In this document: piece after piece, positions 13,601 through 27,133 of the stretch
Layout of the letters: each line of letters begins with the position of its first letter
How positions within the stretch are numbered: position 1 is the first letter of the stretch
From: Gordius albopunctatus
Lineage: Eukaryota
Assembly: GCA_964276515.1 (NCBI GenBank)
Contig: OZ193909.1
Span: 10,726,001-10,790,000 of the forward strand
DNA length: 64,000 nt
Direction: 5' to 3'
Program-made: the position numbers and the translations under genes
The notes under the pieces: model-generated
Databases searched by the model: none
What the model was told of the DNA's origin: nothing
What the model saw: the letters and a program-made list of their open reading frames with translations, nothing else

Positions 13601-16600
13601 TTATTAAAAATTATAACTATTTTAGGTATCCTAAATTAGCAAGGTTTAAAAAAATACTCTTTGCCATCCCGGCGACGAGTTCTGCTAGTGAAAGAAGTTT
13701 TTATATCGCAGGAAGATTAATAGAGGAAAGACGCACAAGATTATCCCCGGAAATTGTCGACGATATGAATAATAAAATATTGTCATCTTTGTTTGGATCA
13801 ATATGCCATTGCTTATTTTTTAATAGTGGCTAAAGATTTTGGGATTGGATAATTTCGGGTCTACCGGGAAAATTTTATTAATCAGGCCGGGCAGCTCTAA
13901 TGGTTTGGGCATGGCTGAACCGACACTTAGAAGGGTTCAGGCGGGCAATTTAGTTAAAATTGGACCGGGCCGGGTTCGGACAGAAAAATTTAAACTAGTC
14001 CGACCTCTTTTTGGGACCTCATAAATTCGGGACTAACGGGCAAATTTAATATTTCGGGCCGGGCAATTCGGGCAGCTTTAACAATTCGGGCGGGCCCCGG
14101 CGGACACTTAGATGGGTTCGGACGGGCCCGGGCGGTCAATGAAGGTAAAAAATTTAGTCGGGCCGGGTTCGGACAGAAAATTCCCAACAAATCTGACCTC
14201 TGCCCCCAACCCCCCTTCAAGCAAATAAAATATTTTAGCAGGCCTTAAACTTAATATGCCTCAGAAAAATGAACAGAAAGTAAAAGAGTCCATTTGACTT
14301 TTAAAATAACTTTCATCCTTTTTCCTGTGCACACCTCAAAGCGAAGGCATTGTAAATTTGTTAAGAAAAACATTGCATTGTTTGGCAACAAAGTTAAAAC
14401 TTGAAGAATAGGAAATAATTAAAAAATTTACATGGAGGTTGAGGGGGGGGGGTCTGATGTTTGAAACCTGTACAAACATTGTATTTATAATAGATAGAAT
14501 TAATTAAGAAACATTTTTTTTGTTCCTAGGCTAGTGCTTGATTCGGGCCGAGCTCGAGCCTCGAGTCGGACTGACCCATTAGAAAATAAGCAATTAATAA
14601 AAGATAAATTTGATTAATATTTTATAAATATTATGACGGCTCAAATATAAAGCATTAAAATGTTATGATTTAGGGCCCATTTAAAATTTTTATTTCTTTA
14701 AATTAGAAATATGTATATATTTTTGGAGTTTATGATATTGCATATATATGCATACTTAGACCTAATAAAACAAAGTTCTACGTTTGGAATAATACTTTAC
14801 TAGAAATTGACCGCGCTAATCTACCCAGGTTCCTGAATGTATTTGGCTACAAATAATATATAAACTTGAACTAAACATTTAACAAATATTGAAAAAATTT
14901 ATCCTAATATAGCTTTATAGTCCTATTACTGAAACCATACTTTAAACAGTGTTTCTGAGATCGACCATCGACAGGCAATTCAGTTTTGAGTGTTTTAATA
15001 ATAAATTGGTGGAAAATGGAGGGGGGGGGGTTAGTAGTGCTAATTCATGGAAAAATTATTGTTATTATAAATACTTACAATATAAGATCGCTTAAATAGC
15101 AATCATAGATTTTTTGTGGTCATTTTGGCGGCAAACGCAATAAAAGTATATATTTTATCTTTTGTGACCATTTTCAGATGGTCGTCCAACTCCCATTTTC
15201 ATTTAAATAGTTAAACGATGGTAAAAAACATTTATATTTTAAATTTCAAAAGGTCTAAGTCTAAGCAACGGCAGAAATGACATTTTAGCAACAAAAAAAT
15301 ATTTTCCAATTTTGTTCTATGGAGAGAGGTCTACGCTGTCACTATAGCAAGATTTTATGATTAGGGGGTGAATACTTTAAAATATTCATCGTCATGACCC
15401 GATGTGGTAAAAGACCAATTTTTGACCTTTGAGCACCCACAACTCGAAAAGAAGTATTCCAAATGAACTAAAACTTTCAGAATTTCATAATAAAAAGTTT
15501 CTTTATTTTCACCAAATTGCATTAAAATCTGAGGGGGGGCGACCTTGAAAAGCGTTTTTATGATGGATTTGACATGGAATGCTTCCCATATAATTTGTCT
15601 TGATTTTAATCATTTAATTTCAAAAATCTTATAAATTTTTTTTATTAAATAGCCTATATTTTTTCCCTATATTTATTCATACTTTTCGGTGTTTGCCACT
15701 TGCCAAAATTTCTCTAAAAATATCCATCTCTATTAATATGACATTTTATGCAAATATAAGCATACATCCATAAATGTCAAAGATTTTTCATAAAATTATG
15801 TGTTAACTTATTTTATAAAGCATTCAAACATTTCTTCTATGTCTATAAGTATATCAAGCATCTGATAATACTTCAGAGAAACTTTTTAAGACTAAAAAAT
15901 ATTTTTGGGAGACTGGTTGAAGCAAAATAAGAACCTTAATACATTTAGAGCTTCATTGTAGCAAGTTAAAACCCTTGTTCAATTAATCAAATATAAATAT
16001 TTAAAACATTTTGGTTGTCTATTTATATAAAGTCTAACTATGACCTATATAAAAAAATGATACAATATATATGAACATTAACTAAAAAATACACAGTCAA
16101 TTTATATTAATTTAATTACAGGCAAAAAATTGGTATTTATATTTTAAATTGGACATAGCAGCAGCTCACCTTAATTATAAAGCTCAAAATAATTAAAAGT
16201 GTTTTAGAAATATCATAAAAGTTAATTCATTTTGTATAATGACAATTTTGTAGAAAGATTATAACAAATAAGTATTTAAAGATTATTTGTATCTAAGATA
16301 AATAGAAATGTAGAACTTTGTTGCTAAATTAGAAACACAAATATGTCAAGTAATTGATCATAGGAGTTGATTGAGATAAAAATAAATGTTTAAAAATACC
16401 TTCTACATTAACAATATTTAACTTTTCATAGCCAAAATATTGATCTGAATCTTCAATTGGCCTTGAATTAGTATCCTTAATTGCCAATTGTTCTTCAAAA
16501 TTTTCTTCAAAAAATTGCATTGATTGAGAATCATCAAAATTAAATCCAGGCTCCTTAACTGCATCATCAAACATATCATCTTGACATATTAATTCAGCAC

Positions 16601-16846
16601 CTAAGATATTTTTAATCTTAATAAAATTTTACAATTAAATTTTAAATTTTTAAATAAAATTTCCCTAGAAAATGTCATATATACTCAAAAATAAAATAAT
16701 CTTTATTATTGTAAAAATTGTTTTTTGTTAAATTTTCAAATTATACCAAGATTCGAGGGGCTTTTAATTTCTGTATCATCAAACTCAAGTTGTGGTTCTC
16801 CTAAAACCTCATTCCAAGATTGCAAGGGTTCATCAATAAATTCCAT
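7682..16846 (-). CDS. ARHGAP1: Rho GTPase-activating protein with BCH/Sec14 and RhoGAP domains (ARHGAP1/ARHGAP8/RhoGAP68F-like), multi-exon
   Basis: Spliced exons translate to [10 protein letters not shown] (~16790), [19 protein letters not shown] (~10740), [56 protein letters not shown] (arginine finger, ~8590), [13 protein letters not shown] and [21 protein letters not shown] at 16846, TGA at 7682-7684. ARHGAP1 versus ARHGAP8 cannot be resolved. Confidence 0.9.
11389..11660. repeat. Degenerate fold-back inverted repeat, probably a MITE, in an ARHGAP intron
   Basis: GACTCGAAAATGATAAGAGTGACATA...GAGCTC...TGCCA pairs with TGGCA..GAGCTC...TATGTCTACTCTTGCGATTTTCGAGT. Confidence 0.6.
12368..14202 (+). 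mobile_element. hAT deletion derivative with transposase dimerisation-domain remnant
   Basis: Imperfect TIRs CAGAGACCAGA / TCTGACCTCTG and TSD CCCCCCAC/CCCCCAAC (7/8). A second left end occurs at 12790. 13627-13767 translates to [47 protein letters not shown]. Confidence 0.85.
13127..13290. mobile_element. hAT-type MITE (CATGGGCGTAG family) nested in the hAT element
   Basis: TIRs CATGGGCGTAG / CTACGCCCCTG and TSD TAAACTGT/TAAACTGC. Confidence 0.85.
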
Positions 16847-17383
16847 ATGACGCTCCCTCAGATAAGGTGCCAAAAAGAGTCAACATTCAACAATTTTCGC
16901 TTACGATTATATTTGAGTCAAAATGAAACATTGAACATGTTAAATCTAGAATTATATTTACACAACTTATGTTACTTAAAGGTATACAATCCTAATATAA
17001 ATCAGTGCGCACAAATTATTTTAAAATTATTTTATAGATTAAGTAGAGTTACATTAAATTTAAAGCCATTTGATGTTTTAAAATTATATTTAAGCTTTTT
17101 CATCGCAAAATATTTGTAGGGTTTTTTTTCTTTTAGAAATTAAGGGTCAATATTCTGGTCCAGGGAAGTATAAAGGAACCTCGTGTTTTAAACAGGAAAG
17201 ATCTATTTGATATAGTTGGTATAATATACAAGAAATGCAACCGGGTGGTTAAATAATAAAAATTAAATTTCCATGCCAACTGGCCCTTATGGACTGATGC
17301 ATTCAGGCATAAATAATTTCACCGGGTAAACTGGTGAAAAATATAAAATTTTTATACCGTCTTAAAACGTTTATTAATGAATT

Positions 17384-17657
17384 TGTTGCGTCAATTGACT
17401 TAATTGTCTCATTTACATTACCTTACTACTTCACGACGTTAATTGACCAATCAAGCATACCTGGCGGAGACACCACTAAATTGATTTATTTATACCTCGC
17501 GTAATTGATTTATTTATAGACATCACTAAACTTGATTGATTTATTCAATTAATTCACGAGTATATAAAAGGAGTTTAAAACTCTTTTTACTCACTTACTT
17601 TTCTTCCAACGATTTAATTTATATTATACAATAAAGTAATTATTACTTTATCCTACA
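17384..17657 (+). mobile_element. Putative solo LTR
   Basis: TGTTG...CTACA ends, TATATAAAAGG near 17561 and AATAAA near 17630. No convincing TSD. Confidence 0.5.
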
Positions 17658-17756
17658 TAATATTTCTTCTCGAAAAATTTCTTTCTTTTGTTTTTGAGTT
17701 AAAAAGATAGATATTTTAAAAATAAATTTAATAAAATAATCATAGCCACACATTAT

Positions 17757-18860
17757 AGTGATGCAAAAAATCTGAGAAGAATCTTAATCTCGCCTTGTCT
17801 CGAAAAAGAAAAACAAGACGAGACTTTGAAAAATTGAGTCGAGAATTTTGATCTCGAGACAAGGCGAGATTTCATCGGCAAGATTTCGGCTTTAAAGTTT
17901 TTTGATTGATCTGTAAATTTTTTGTGCACTTTTGGTTTTGTATATCACATTAAGGATCATAAATAAAAATTAATACATTTGTAAAGCTTTAGATTTTGGG
18001 TAATTTCCCACATACAAGTAGCTGCTTATAAATTTTAGCTCAAAATATGGTGGCTCTTAAGACATGTAAATAATTTTCAATATATTTATTGCATATATAC
18101 ATCATTTGCATTAAAATATCTTAAAGTGAATTTTGATGAAGTAGTAAATATTCCCAAATCATCTTCAGATTTCGCAACAATTAAATCATCCTCTCCGATA
18201 ATAATAATTTGAATCGGTGATTAATCAATCAAGATAATTATATGAATTTAGCTACAACGGCTATAAATTTTTAGAGAGCCCCAGCGACTTCCCCGCCTGT
18301 CGAACCATTTCTTTCAAATACATTATATTAAATCATGAGACTACCAGGAGTTTGTTAAGCCTGAACTCATGTTACACCTCTGAAATTCTTAAGCCAATCA
18401 CATTATGCATTTGTTTTGCCATCATTGCCTTTTACATCATATAGGTAGGGTAGTTTCTGTGCGATTTTGCACTAAACAAGAATATACAAGCATAAGCTTT
18501 ATTATTAAATTAAGTTGTGGAGGAATTATTTTAAAAAAATAAGTATCTTGCGACATAATAGGTCTTAGAATATAAAAAACTATATATGTGCAATTTATTG
18601 AAAACCTCATAACTCTTAACCAACCAGTAACGATGCTACATTTATTGTTGTTTTTACAACGTTTAATGTGTTCAACTAATTACTAATGTTATGAATATGG
18701 ATAAAATAAAAGTCGATAGGTGTCGAAATTTCTCGTCGAGACAAGACCTAGAGTTTTCTAGACGGAGACGAGATCGAGACTCTCATAATGGCACCCGAGA
18801 CGAAATTTTGCATTTGATACCGAGACGAGATCGAAACACAAAAGATTTTTACATATCTGT
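17757..18860 (+). mobile_element. Degenerate hAT element with GAGAC/GTCTC subterminal repeats (related fragment at ~21835-22100)
   Basis: TCTCG/CGAGAC arrays at both ends. 18245-18320 translates to NLATTAINF*RAPATSPPVE, a decayed dimerisation motif also present near 21845. Confidence 0.55.
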
Positions 18861-18892
18861 TGAATAATTTAAAGGAAAGGATATATATGAAG

Positions 18893-19334
18893 TAGAGGCC
18901 TGCAAAGTCATTTTTTCCACCCGAACCCGACCCGAAAGCGTTCATAAATAATAATAAATAATCATTTGTTAATATTTTACCTTTCGTGATTCAACTATAA
19001 ATTGAATATTTAATTATATCTTTATGTAGTTAAATTTATAATTTACTCTATAGACTATAAACAATAACAAATACTCATTTGTTAATATTTTACCTTTTGT
19101 GATTCAGCTTTAAATTTAAATTTTCCTCCAAATTAAACGAATTAAAAAAATAGGAAAGGAAATTGATTATATGAATGAATGATTATAATTAGTTATACAA
19201 TTCGATATTGTTTTACAAAAATGATAGATAATAGCATTAATTTAACAAATACGTTTCGTTCATTTTCTAATGTAAGATTCATATCCTTTGATCCGATTCT
19301 ATAAATCAAACCAGAAGACCAGTGCAGGCCTCTA
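18893..19334. mobile_element. hAT MITE
   Basis: TIRs TAGAGGCCTGCA / TGCAGGCCTCTA and degenerate TSD ATATGAAG/ACATAAAG. Confidence 0.75.
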
Positions 19335-20518
19335 ACATAAAGTGAAGTTCGGGCGACACGGATCGGGCATTTGTTTCTCAACCATGCGAACATGAAACCA
19401 TTTGAAAATCCAAGCAAGGCATATGATTTCCATTGAAATATTATATTCTAAAAACTTTATCCGAAAATCATTTTAAAATAATGTGATGCTGATGCAATGC
19501 AAATTAAAAACTTATCTTCAACATTTGATTTAGAGATATGTGAGGAAAGCCCTATGTTCAATAAAATTATTAGAAACATGCATTTAAAATCATACTTTAT
19601 ACGGTAATAAAAATGACTTGTTATTTTTACATTCTTATCATTAAATGTGATTTATAATGTTAAATTTGAAATTTACAATTTTAGGGAGCTTTTATAATTA
19701 GGGTCCGGAAATTGCATGGAAAAATAGATTTTTATGGTGGGTGGGAGTTATAAGTTAAGCACAAAGTCGATTATTTGGCAAAATTACATCAATTTTGGGA
19801 ATCAGAACTAAAAATCGCTTCTAAAGTGAAGCATTTTAATTGCTAGAAATGCTCGCGAAACTTTAATAATTTTAAAGTGGTATTTTACGTTTTTTGCTGA
19901 GTAAAAACCCCACTTAGAAATTTTTAAACCACTCAAATGCTTACCTTAAGTTAAACAAGCATTTGGTGCTATTTTGCAGCCGTTGTAGCAGAAAATTAAT
20001 GCTATCCGCAAATCGTAATTTCCTGGCATAGAATTGGACAAGTTAAAACTATTAAACAGATGTTATAAATTTATTGCTGTGAGCAAATTTTTTCATTGAA
20101 TAAGGAATTGGCGTTAATATCAAAATTGAGCCGTCACTATGCATAGACCCCTAAAACAAAAAGCAGGCAAATTACGGCTCAGTATTAAAAGATTTGGAAC
20201 TAAACACTCTAACATCCCTGCAAACATTTTGATTAAAAAAGAATGCTTAATTAATAGTGTCGTTAAAAATAATTTTCCGTCCACATTTAAAAAAATTTAA
20301 TTATCGTTAAAATTTGCATTATTGTATAAAATTTCGTAAACCAGGAGAGCTCTATTTTGCACAAAAACCAATTTCAAAACCTTTTTCATATGATCATAAT
20401 TTATTAAATCAATGTAAAAGTATAAAAATATATAATTTATCATTTAAATAATAGGTTTTTAATCTGATTAAATATTTTTGTTGATATAAATGTAAAGAGG
20501 TGATTCAAGACTAGATCA

Positions 20519-23500
20519 TTACCCAAAACTTTCAGATTCTGAATGCATTGTGATGGGATCCTGATGGGAAACAAGTATTAAGCTATTTTTATGTTTTTCA
20601 AGCCAATATAATAGCGCGGATCGTTGGATTTTGTTTATAAACATAATTTCTTCGATGTGATGCTTGCCATTTAGATACGGGATTATTCTAGCGTAAATGC
20701 CAAAAATTTAAAAAGAGTTAGTAAGAACCAGGCGAAATAAATACAATAAATATGACAAATTAAACCCTTATAAAATCTTCACGCTCAATTAGAATAATTA
20801 AATCTAAAAGTTTCACAAAGCTCTTTGGCTAAACTATATTTAAACCTGTGGTAGGCATTATTTAGAAATTTTATAAAAATGCAGCAAAATTATGAAACCA
20901 TTATAATGCATAAAAAATTAAAAAGTAAACGGGCCATTATTCCACCAGTAAAATTATGATGATTAGCCGAGGTTCATCTGCATTAAAGCGTTGGAGAATT
21001 AAGGAGTCATTTATAGGGTCGAATTCTTTATTTTTAATATAGGCGCATATGCTATTTGTTCTAATACAATAAAAAAATCAAAATGCATGATCTTATGAAT
21101 CAAGGTTTAAGCACAAATACTAACAAGATACAAAAAATATAGGGATGTAACCGATGTCGATCTGACCCCTCGATTTTTTTTTCCTTAACAAACTCGATCA
21201 CTTCAATATTAAACTTCTTTACTTCGTGATAGAATTAGAGATACGCCTAAAGATTGATTAAAAGCTATGCGTAGTATGCCCAACATTCACGTTCCACCGA
21301 CTAAAACCGCGCGATCTCCAGTTAATTCTATTTTTTTGTGTAGACAAATCGAGTAAATCAAACATCGCTATCAAGACGACAATAAGCATTATTAAGAAGG
21401 CACCGCCTTTACCTTCTTCTTGATTAAATGGTAAATAAATAATAAAATACGGGTGCGTGTATTAAACGTTTTGATAAGGCATAGTGCCGCGGTTTAACTA
21501 TATATCCATCTCACACTCTCGTGGAGCGTTAATTGCGAAGAAACAGTTATCATCTTTAATTTAGCATTTATGATAGTTAGTAATAAAAGCCCCAAATTAT
21601 GTTAAATCCCCGAGTGTAGCTTTAGTTAAAAATCATAGAGGTAAAATAATATTTTACTACAAGCCAATATCATTGAGAAAATGAATTTAATTAAGTTTAT
21701 CGTAATTTAACTAAATAAAACCACATAAATTCATCCAAAATTGATAGGAATATATAAACCTATTCAAAAAAAATACAAAAATGCTTATTGTATTGGATAT
21801 CTCTTTGACCCTATAAACGTTTCTAAAATTCAACGAAATTATATAAATTTGGCTACAATGGCTAAAATTTTTATAGCACCCCAGCGACTTCTCTGCCTGC
21901 CGAACCATAACAATGCATTATTGTAAATCATAAATAATTTGAATAAATAAGGTGAAAAATTAAGATAATATAAATTTTTGTATAAAAGTTTAGACATGTC
22001 GAGATTTTTCGTCGAAACAGAGATTCTTATAATGGCACGCGAGATGAGACGAGATATAACTTTCGAGACCGAGGAGAGATCGAAACACTTGGTGGAAATT
22101 TTCATTAAACTCCTCCACTAGAGGCTTCACTTATCCAATGCCTATGGTAGGAGGAGGAGCAATCAAAAGAAATTTTGACTTAATTATTCAGGTTAAAGTT
22201 GAAATCAATGAACTTAATCTAAATTTTGTCTTATATTGAAACCACTCGAGGATAATTGGTATGATTAATGATTTAAGCCTCAATGATTATAATCTATTAT
22301 TAAAATATAAAATAAGATAGTAATCAGAGGTGAGATTTCTTAGGAATTTTATGCCAGAACCCGACCCGGTTCAATTTTTTAACTTCATTGCCCGCCGTAA
22401 CCTTCTAGGTGCCCGCCCGAAACATTAAAGCTGCCCGGCCCGAAATATTTAATTTGCCTGTTAGGCCCGAAATTTTGCTATCTCAAATTCTTTCAACCAC
22501 AATTAAAAATAAGCATTAAATTAATGGCATATTTAATAAAACAAGTCCATGAAAATATTTATGTAGCAATTTTTAATTAAGTTTAAAGTTTACATATTTA
22601 ATAAATAATATTACAATAAACAAAATCATACACCCCTTTTGAGTTAACCCGTTTGCCCTAACCATAAATAAACTTCTTAATGAATAAAATTAGTTCAATT
22701 AGTCAATCTGTGCTCTGTTAAAACTTACTTTTTTGTTGAAAAGACAATAATTTATCGATAGAATTTAAATGCAATTTATGGATAATTCTTTTAAATTAAA
22801 GCAAAAAAGGAAGGTATAGAAATTTTTTATCATGAAAATAAGTAGTAACTTAGCGAAAGCGACGAATGATAAGGAATAAAGGTTAATTGGAGAAACTTTG
22901 TGATGGCGAAATCAAGTTTCTTAACTTTTTTAGCATTTTAATATGCAATAAAATAAAAAGTAACAAAATAATACACTATTCAAAAAATCTTATTAAGCCC
23001 AAGGGCCCGCCCGAAAATAAAAATTTAAGACAGTTGCCCGGCCCGTTGTCTCCGATAGTAATTGAATTAATGGAAGTTTTTTATAATAGTCTACAACTTT
23101 AATCGAGTGCTTCCTGAGTAAAATGGCTTGATTAACCAAAGTTTAAGATATAATGCTCCTAAACATACTTAATTATTTTAAGTCTTATCATACAAATTAT
23201 ATATACAATTCCTTAAAACCCCGTCACTTTAGTATTTTTGCAATTAAATGTAATATTATAATTAATATTTTAACCTAATTTATCCTCAAAATTTTTTAAA
23301 AATTCGTATTTTTCAACCATAAACAATGAAAAACCATAGAAAAAAAATGGTAATTAGATCAATTGAATATATACTTGGACAGACAACGGTTAAAGAGCTA
23401 TCATTAGAAGTTCTAAAATAACATTAACAGAATCTACAAAAAAATCAACTGAAAAACGCTTAACATACTTTTGTAGAGTTTATGGTGGTGAACACGAATA

Positions 23501-26247
23501 TGTTTTTCATTATTTTTTTATACGTCAAGTTTTTGAAATAATAATCATTGATGGACAAACAAATATAGAAGAAGGTCACACAAAAACAATTTTTTACGCA
23601 GGTTAATTAGTTTTTAATTGATTTTACCCCGACTTAGGGTCCCCCTCCCTTTCATATCCCACTGGTTTATATACATATATAAGCATGCAAATACTATATT
23701 TGATGTGGGTATAGTGATGTAAAAGATTACTGAATCACTACTACAACACTTCTTTCACCCTCTTATCAATCAATCTGTCCTCACCCTAATCTCAGTTTAA
23801 TATTGCTTTCTTTGTTTTAAAAAGATCGGAAGGCCATAAAAATTAATGGCAGAAAACAAAATATAAAAAATAGATTAAATTAAATATTTGCTTTTTTAAG
23901 ATAAAAGTACCTATTATTCTCGAAAAAAGATTACATAAAAAATTTTAAATCAAAAATTCTTCAAAACTATAAAAATTATGTATATTAAATAAATGTATAA
24001 AATTTTTCAAAATTCAATAATGTTGTTAGATTAAAATGTTATAGTGAAATGTTTAAGAAATTTACATAGTTACGGCTTTAATTTCTTTAACTTAAATTTC
24101 TAAGCTTATCTTATACCATAAATTGCATAGCAATATATAAAAAAATTGTAACAAGAGATTTTAACCGAGAGGTATGAAATTAAGGTGGGGGCAGATTGAT
24201 TGATGAGAGACGAAAAAAGTATAGTAGCTTACAAGCTTATATACACATAGAAACCAATGTAATTAACCTCGGTAAAATTTTTTTTGTGAATTTCTTCTAT
24301 ATTTGTTTTACTACCAAGAAATATTTTTTATTCGTTTTTTCGGTATACCACTCCAAAAAGGGGCAAAAACGCTCATTTTTCAACTTTAAACTCAATTATT
24401 TAAAAAACTTGATGTATATTAAAATAAACAAAAAATATATTCGTGTTTACCACAAAAAAATCTATCAAGATATGTCAACAGTTTCCCGGTTGATTTTCCA
24501 AAATCCCTTTTTTTGTTGTATGGTGTAATTAATGTAGACAAAGAAGCTATAGTTTTATTTAATAAGCATATATTTTGAAATCTTAAAGTAAAAGTTTGTA
24601 TGTAATAATTATATTTTCTTAATGAATAAAGACTTACTTATTGAATTTCTTGATGTTAAAATCTATTCAAAATAATTAATTTAAATTGTATTTATCTACC
24701 TTTGGCCTCTGAATTGCCAGTGTCTTTTAAAGAAATCATCCCTAATTTTATATCATATTTGGAGTCAACAAAGTAAACATAATTATGTAGCTGGATAATT
24801 AGCTGATGTTTAATCAACCAGCAAATAATTTTGAGTTTTATATCCTTTCAAATTGTATAAGGTATATTTTATTATTTACTTTGTGCTTTATACAATTGAA
24901 TAAACTGTTTGAAAGTGGGTGAAAATGATATTTCAAATCAAATGGGAAATGAAATTGCATAAGAATATTAAGCAAATTAGGTATTGAATGCCCAAATGCA
25001 TTTGTAAATTTTGTGAGCATTTTTGAATTTCTACTTATATAAATTTTCAATATTATTCACTTACAATGATTTATGGGCAAAAGGTGAGATTACATATATA
25101 TTGTTCTCACAAATTGGATACATTATTATGCTAAAATTCCAAATAACTAGTTGTTGAGCAATGGTTATGATCTTTAGCTTTAAACAAATTTGGTTTAAAA
25201 TTACTTACATAATACAATGAGATAGACAACTCTTTAGCCATCTGAGAAAAATTTTTTGTTGGGCAATATACTTTAAAAATTTTTTGTATAACCCTTGACA
25301 AATTTAATGGCCAGTGGTTAAAACAATTTTTCTCTTTTATAAATAATAAAGTATGATATGCCTTAATGTTTCCCAAAGGTTTAGAGGACTTAGGCTATCA
25401 ATAACAAAATTGAAAAATTAAATTAAAAATATTACCTTTAATTTGGTTTTATTTCCATCTATAAAAAAATTATTTTCCAAGTTAAAGGCAAAAAAAGTAT
25501 TTTCATTGATCATCACATTAATATTCTGATTGCTAATAAGATTATTATAAAGTTCTGCCAATATAACACATATAGGAATGTTCTTATGCAACATCTGGTC
25601 ATAATAATCGTGTGGAAATTCATTTTGATATTCTATTTAACAATAGCATTTTTTAGATTTATTATAACTTTCTTTCTCCATTGAAATTTCTTCCAAAATT
25701 TTTGACATTGAATTTATCATCAAAGTCATGTACCCACTTATGTTTTGTTCAGCTTTAAAGGCAATTGCTAATAATTTGCTAAGAAATTGATATTTCCATA
25801 AATTGCCCTAAGTTGTGTATTCAAGCTAAAACTTTGATTAAACCACCTATTCTTACCTTATATACAAAAGTTATGTTAAAAAGTTTAATCTTGTATTCAT
25901 CATGGTATAATAATCCTGGAAATCCTGCAAAATACACACCATCAACCTTAATTAAAAAAGGTTTGTTGCAAGACTCTGATTTGAGATAAAGAATTGTTGG
26001 CAATAGGTCCTTATGGAGTCTGAGATTAGGACAATATAGATTATTTATTTAATTAAACTACTTACTCCATTATGTTTACATTGTAAGAATGCATATAATC
26101 TAATCACAAATACAGTTATATATTTTATATCTTACTAATATTGGCATCACATGGATACTGAAATATTATTTTATCGCCAGAACTCCCAGATGTCGACAGA
26201 ATTATATTTATAAAAAAATGACTTAAATTTGGTGTTAAATCACCCAT
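20519..26247 (-). CDS. NPRL3: GATOR1 complex subunit NPRL3, multi-exon
   Basis: Exon translations match NPRL3 blocks: IILSTSGSSGDKIIFQYP (N-terminus), IKAYHTLLF...KNFSQMAKELSISL, AQQLVIWNFSIIMYPICENNIYVISP, ICWLIKHQLIIQLHNYV and the last exon YLNGKHHIEEIMFINKIQRSALL...SHQDP. ATG at 26247, TAA at 20519-20521. Exons between 20770 and 24660 are only partly resolved. Confidence 0.9.
22325..23054 (-). mobile_element. hAT MITE in an NPRL3 intron
   Basis: Perfect 8-bp TSD ATAGTAAT (22317-22324 and 23055-23062). Ends CAGAGGTGAGA / TGTCTCCG. Same family as the elements at 2435 and 12368. Confidence 0.85.
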
Positions 26248-26465
26248 ATGTATGTTTTTTGCTACGGCCCGTCAACTGGCCGAAAACCATCTCAGCAAAT
26301 TTAATGTCCCAAGGTTAAAAAATGATCCCTAATTTGAAAATATCCGCCAGCAAAATTTCGTTTTGGGGCAACCGGTAAAATCCCTTCGGGTCAAAAATCT
26401 CACAATCGTGAGACTTTTTCGTGAGACTTTTTCGATGCGACAAATTTCAAATTGAACAGATGTAA

Positions 26466-26973
26466 TAAAGTATGCATTTTGAATACTTTACAATTATGTC
26501 TTATTAATATTTATTATGATTACTATACATTTAAGATGCTTACTAGAAAGTATGATCTTCATAAAACATTTTGATAACTCTAATTGCAGTGAGTTATGCC
26601 TTTTTACTGCATAGCCTATCCTTTAATAATGTGTAATTCATTTTCAGGCAACCCAGCCAAACTTCACAAGATTAAACTCTTTCTAATTGAACTGCTGTAA
26701 GTTTATCTGATGTGTTTAGGGCAAAATTACTTACAATATTTTTAACTACATTTAAAGTATGCATTTTGAATACTTTACAATTATGTCTTATTAATATTTA
26801 TTATGATTACTATACATTTAAGATGCTTACTAGAAAGTATGATCTTCATAAAACATTTTGATAACTCTAATTGCAGTGAGTTATGCCTTTTTACTGCATA
26901 GCCTATCCTTTAATAATGTGTAATTCATTTTCAGGCAACCCAGCCAAACTTCACAAGATTACACTCTTTCTAA
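26466..26973. repeat. Near-perfect direct duplication of ~220 bp (offset 287 bp)
   Basis: 26466-26686 matches 26753-26973. Confidence 0.9.
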
Positions 26974-27133
26974 GCATTAGAAGTGAATTAGAGGCAAAGG
27001 AAAAGTTATTAAAGTCCAATCAAAAAACAAATTCTCAACTTCAAAAGAGTATAAAAATTTTAATTTTTTTGCAACAAATTTACACTCTAACTTTTTTACT
27101 AATTTTTTAGAATTGTTTATTCTTTTTACAGAA

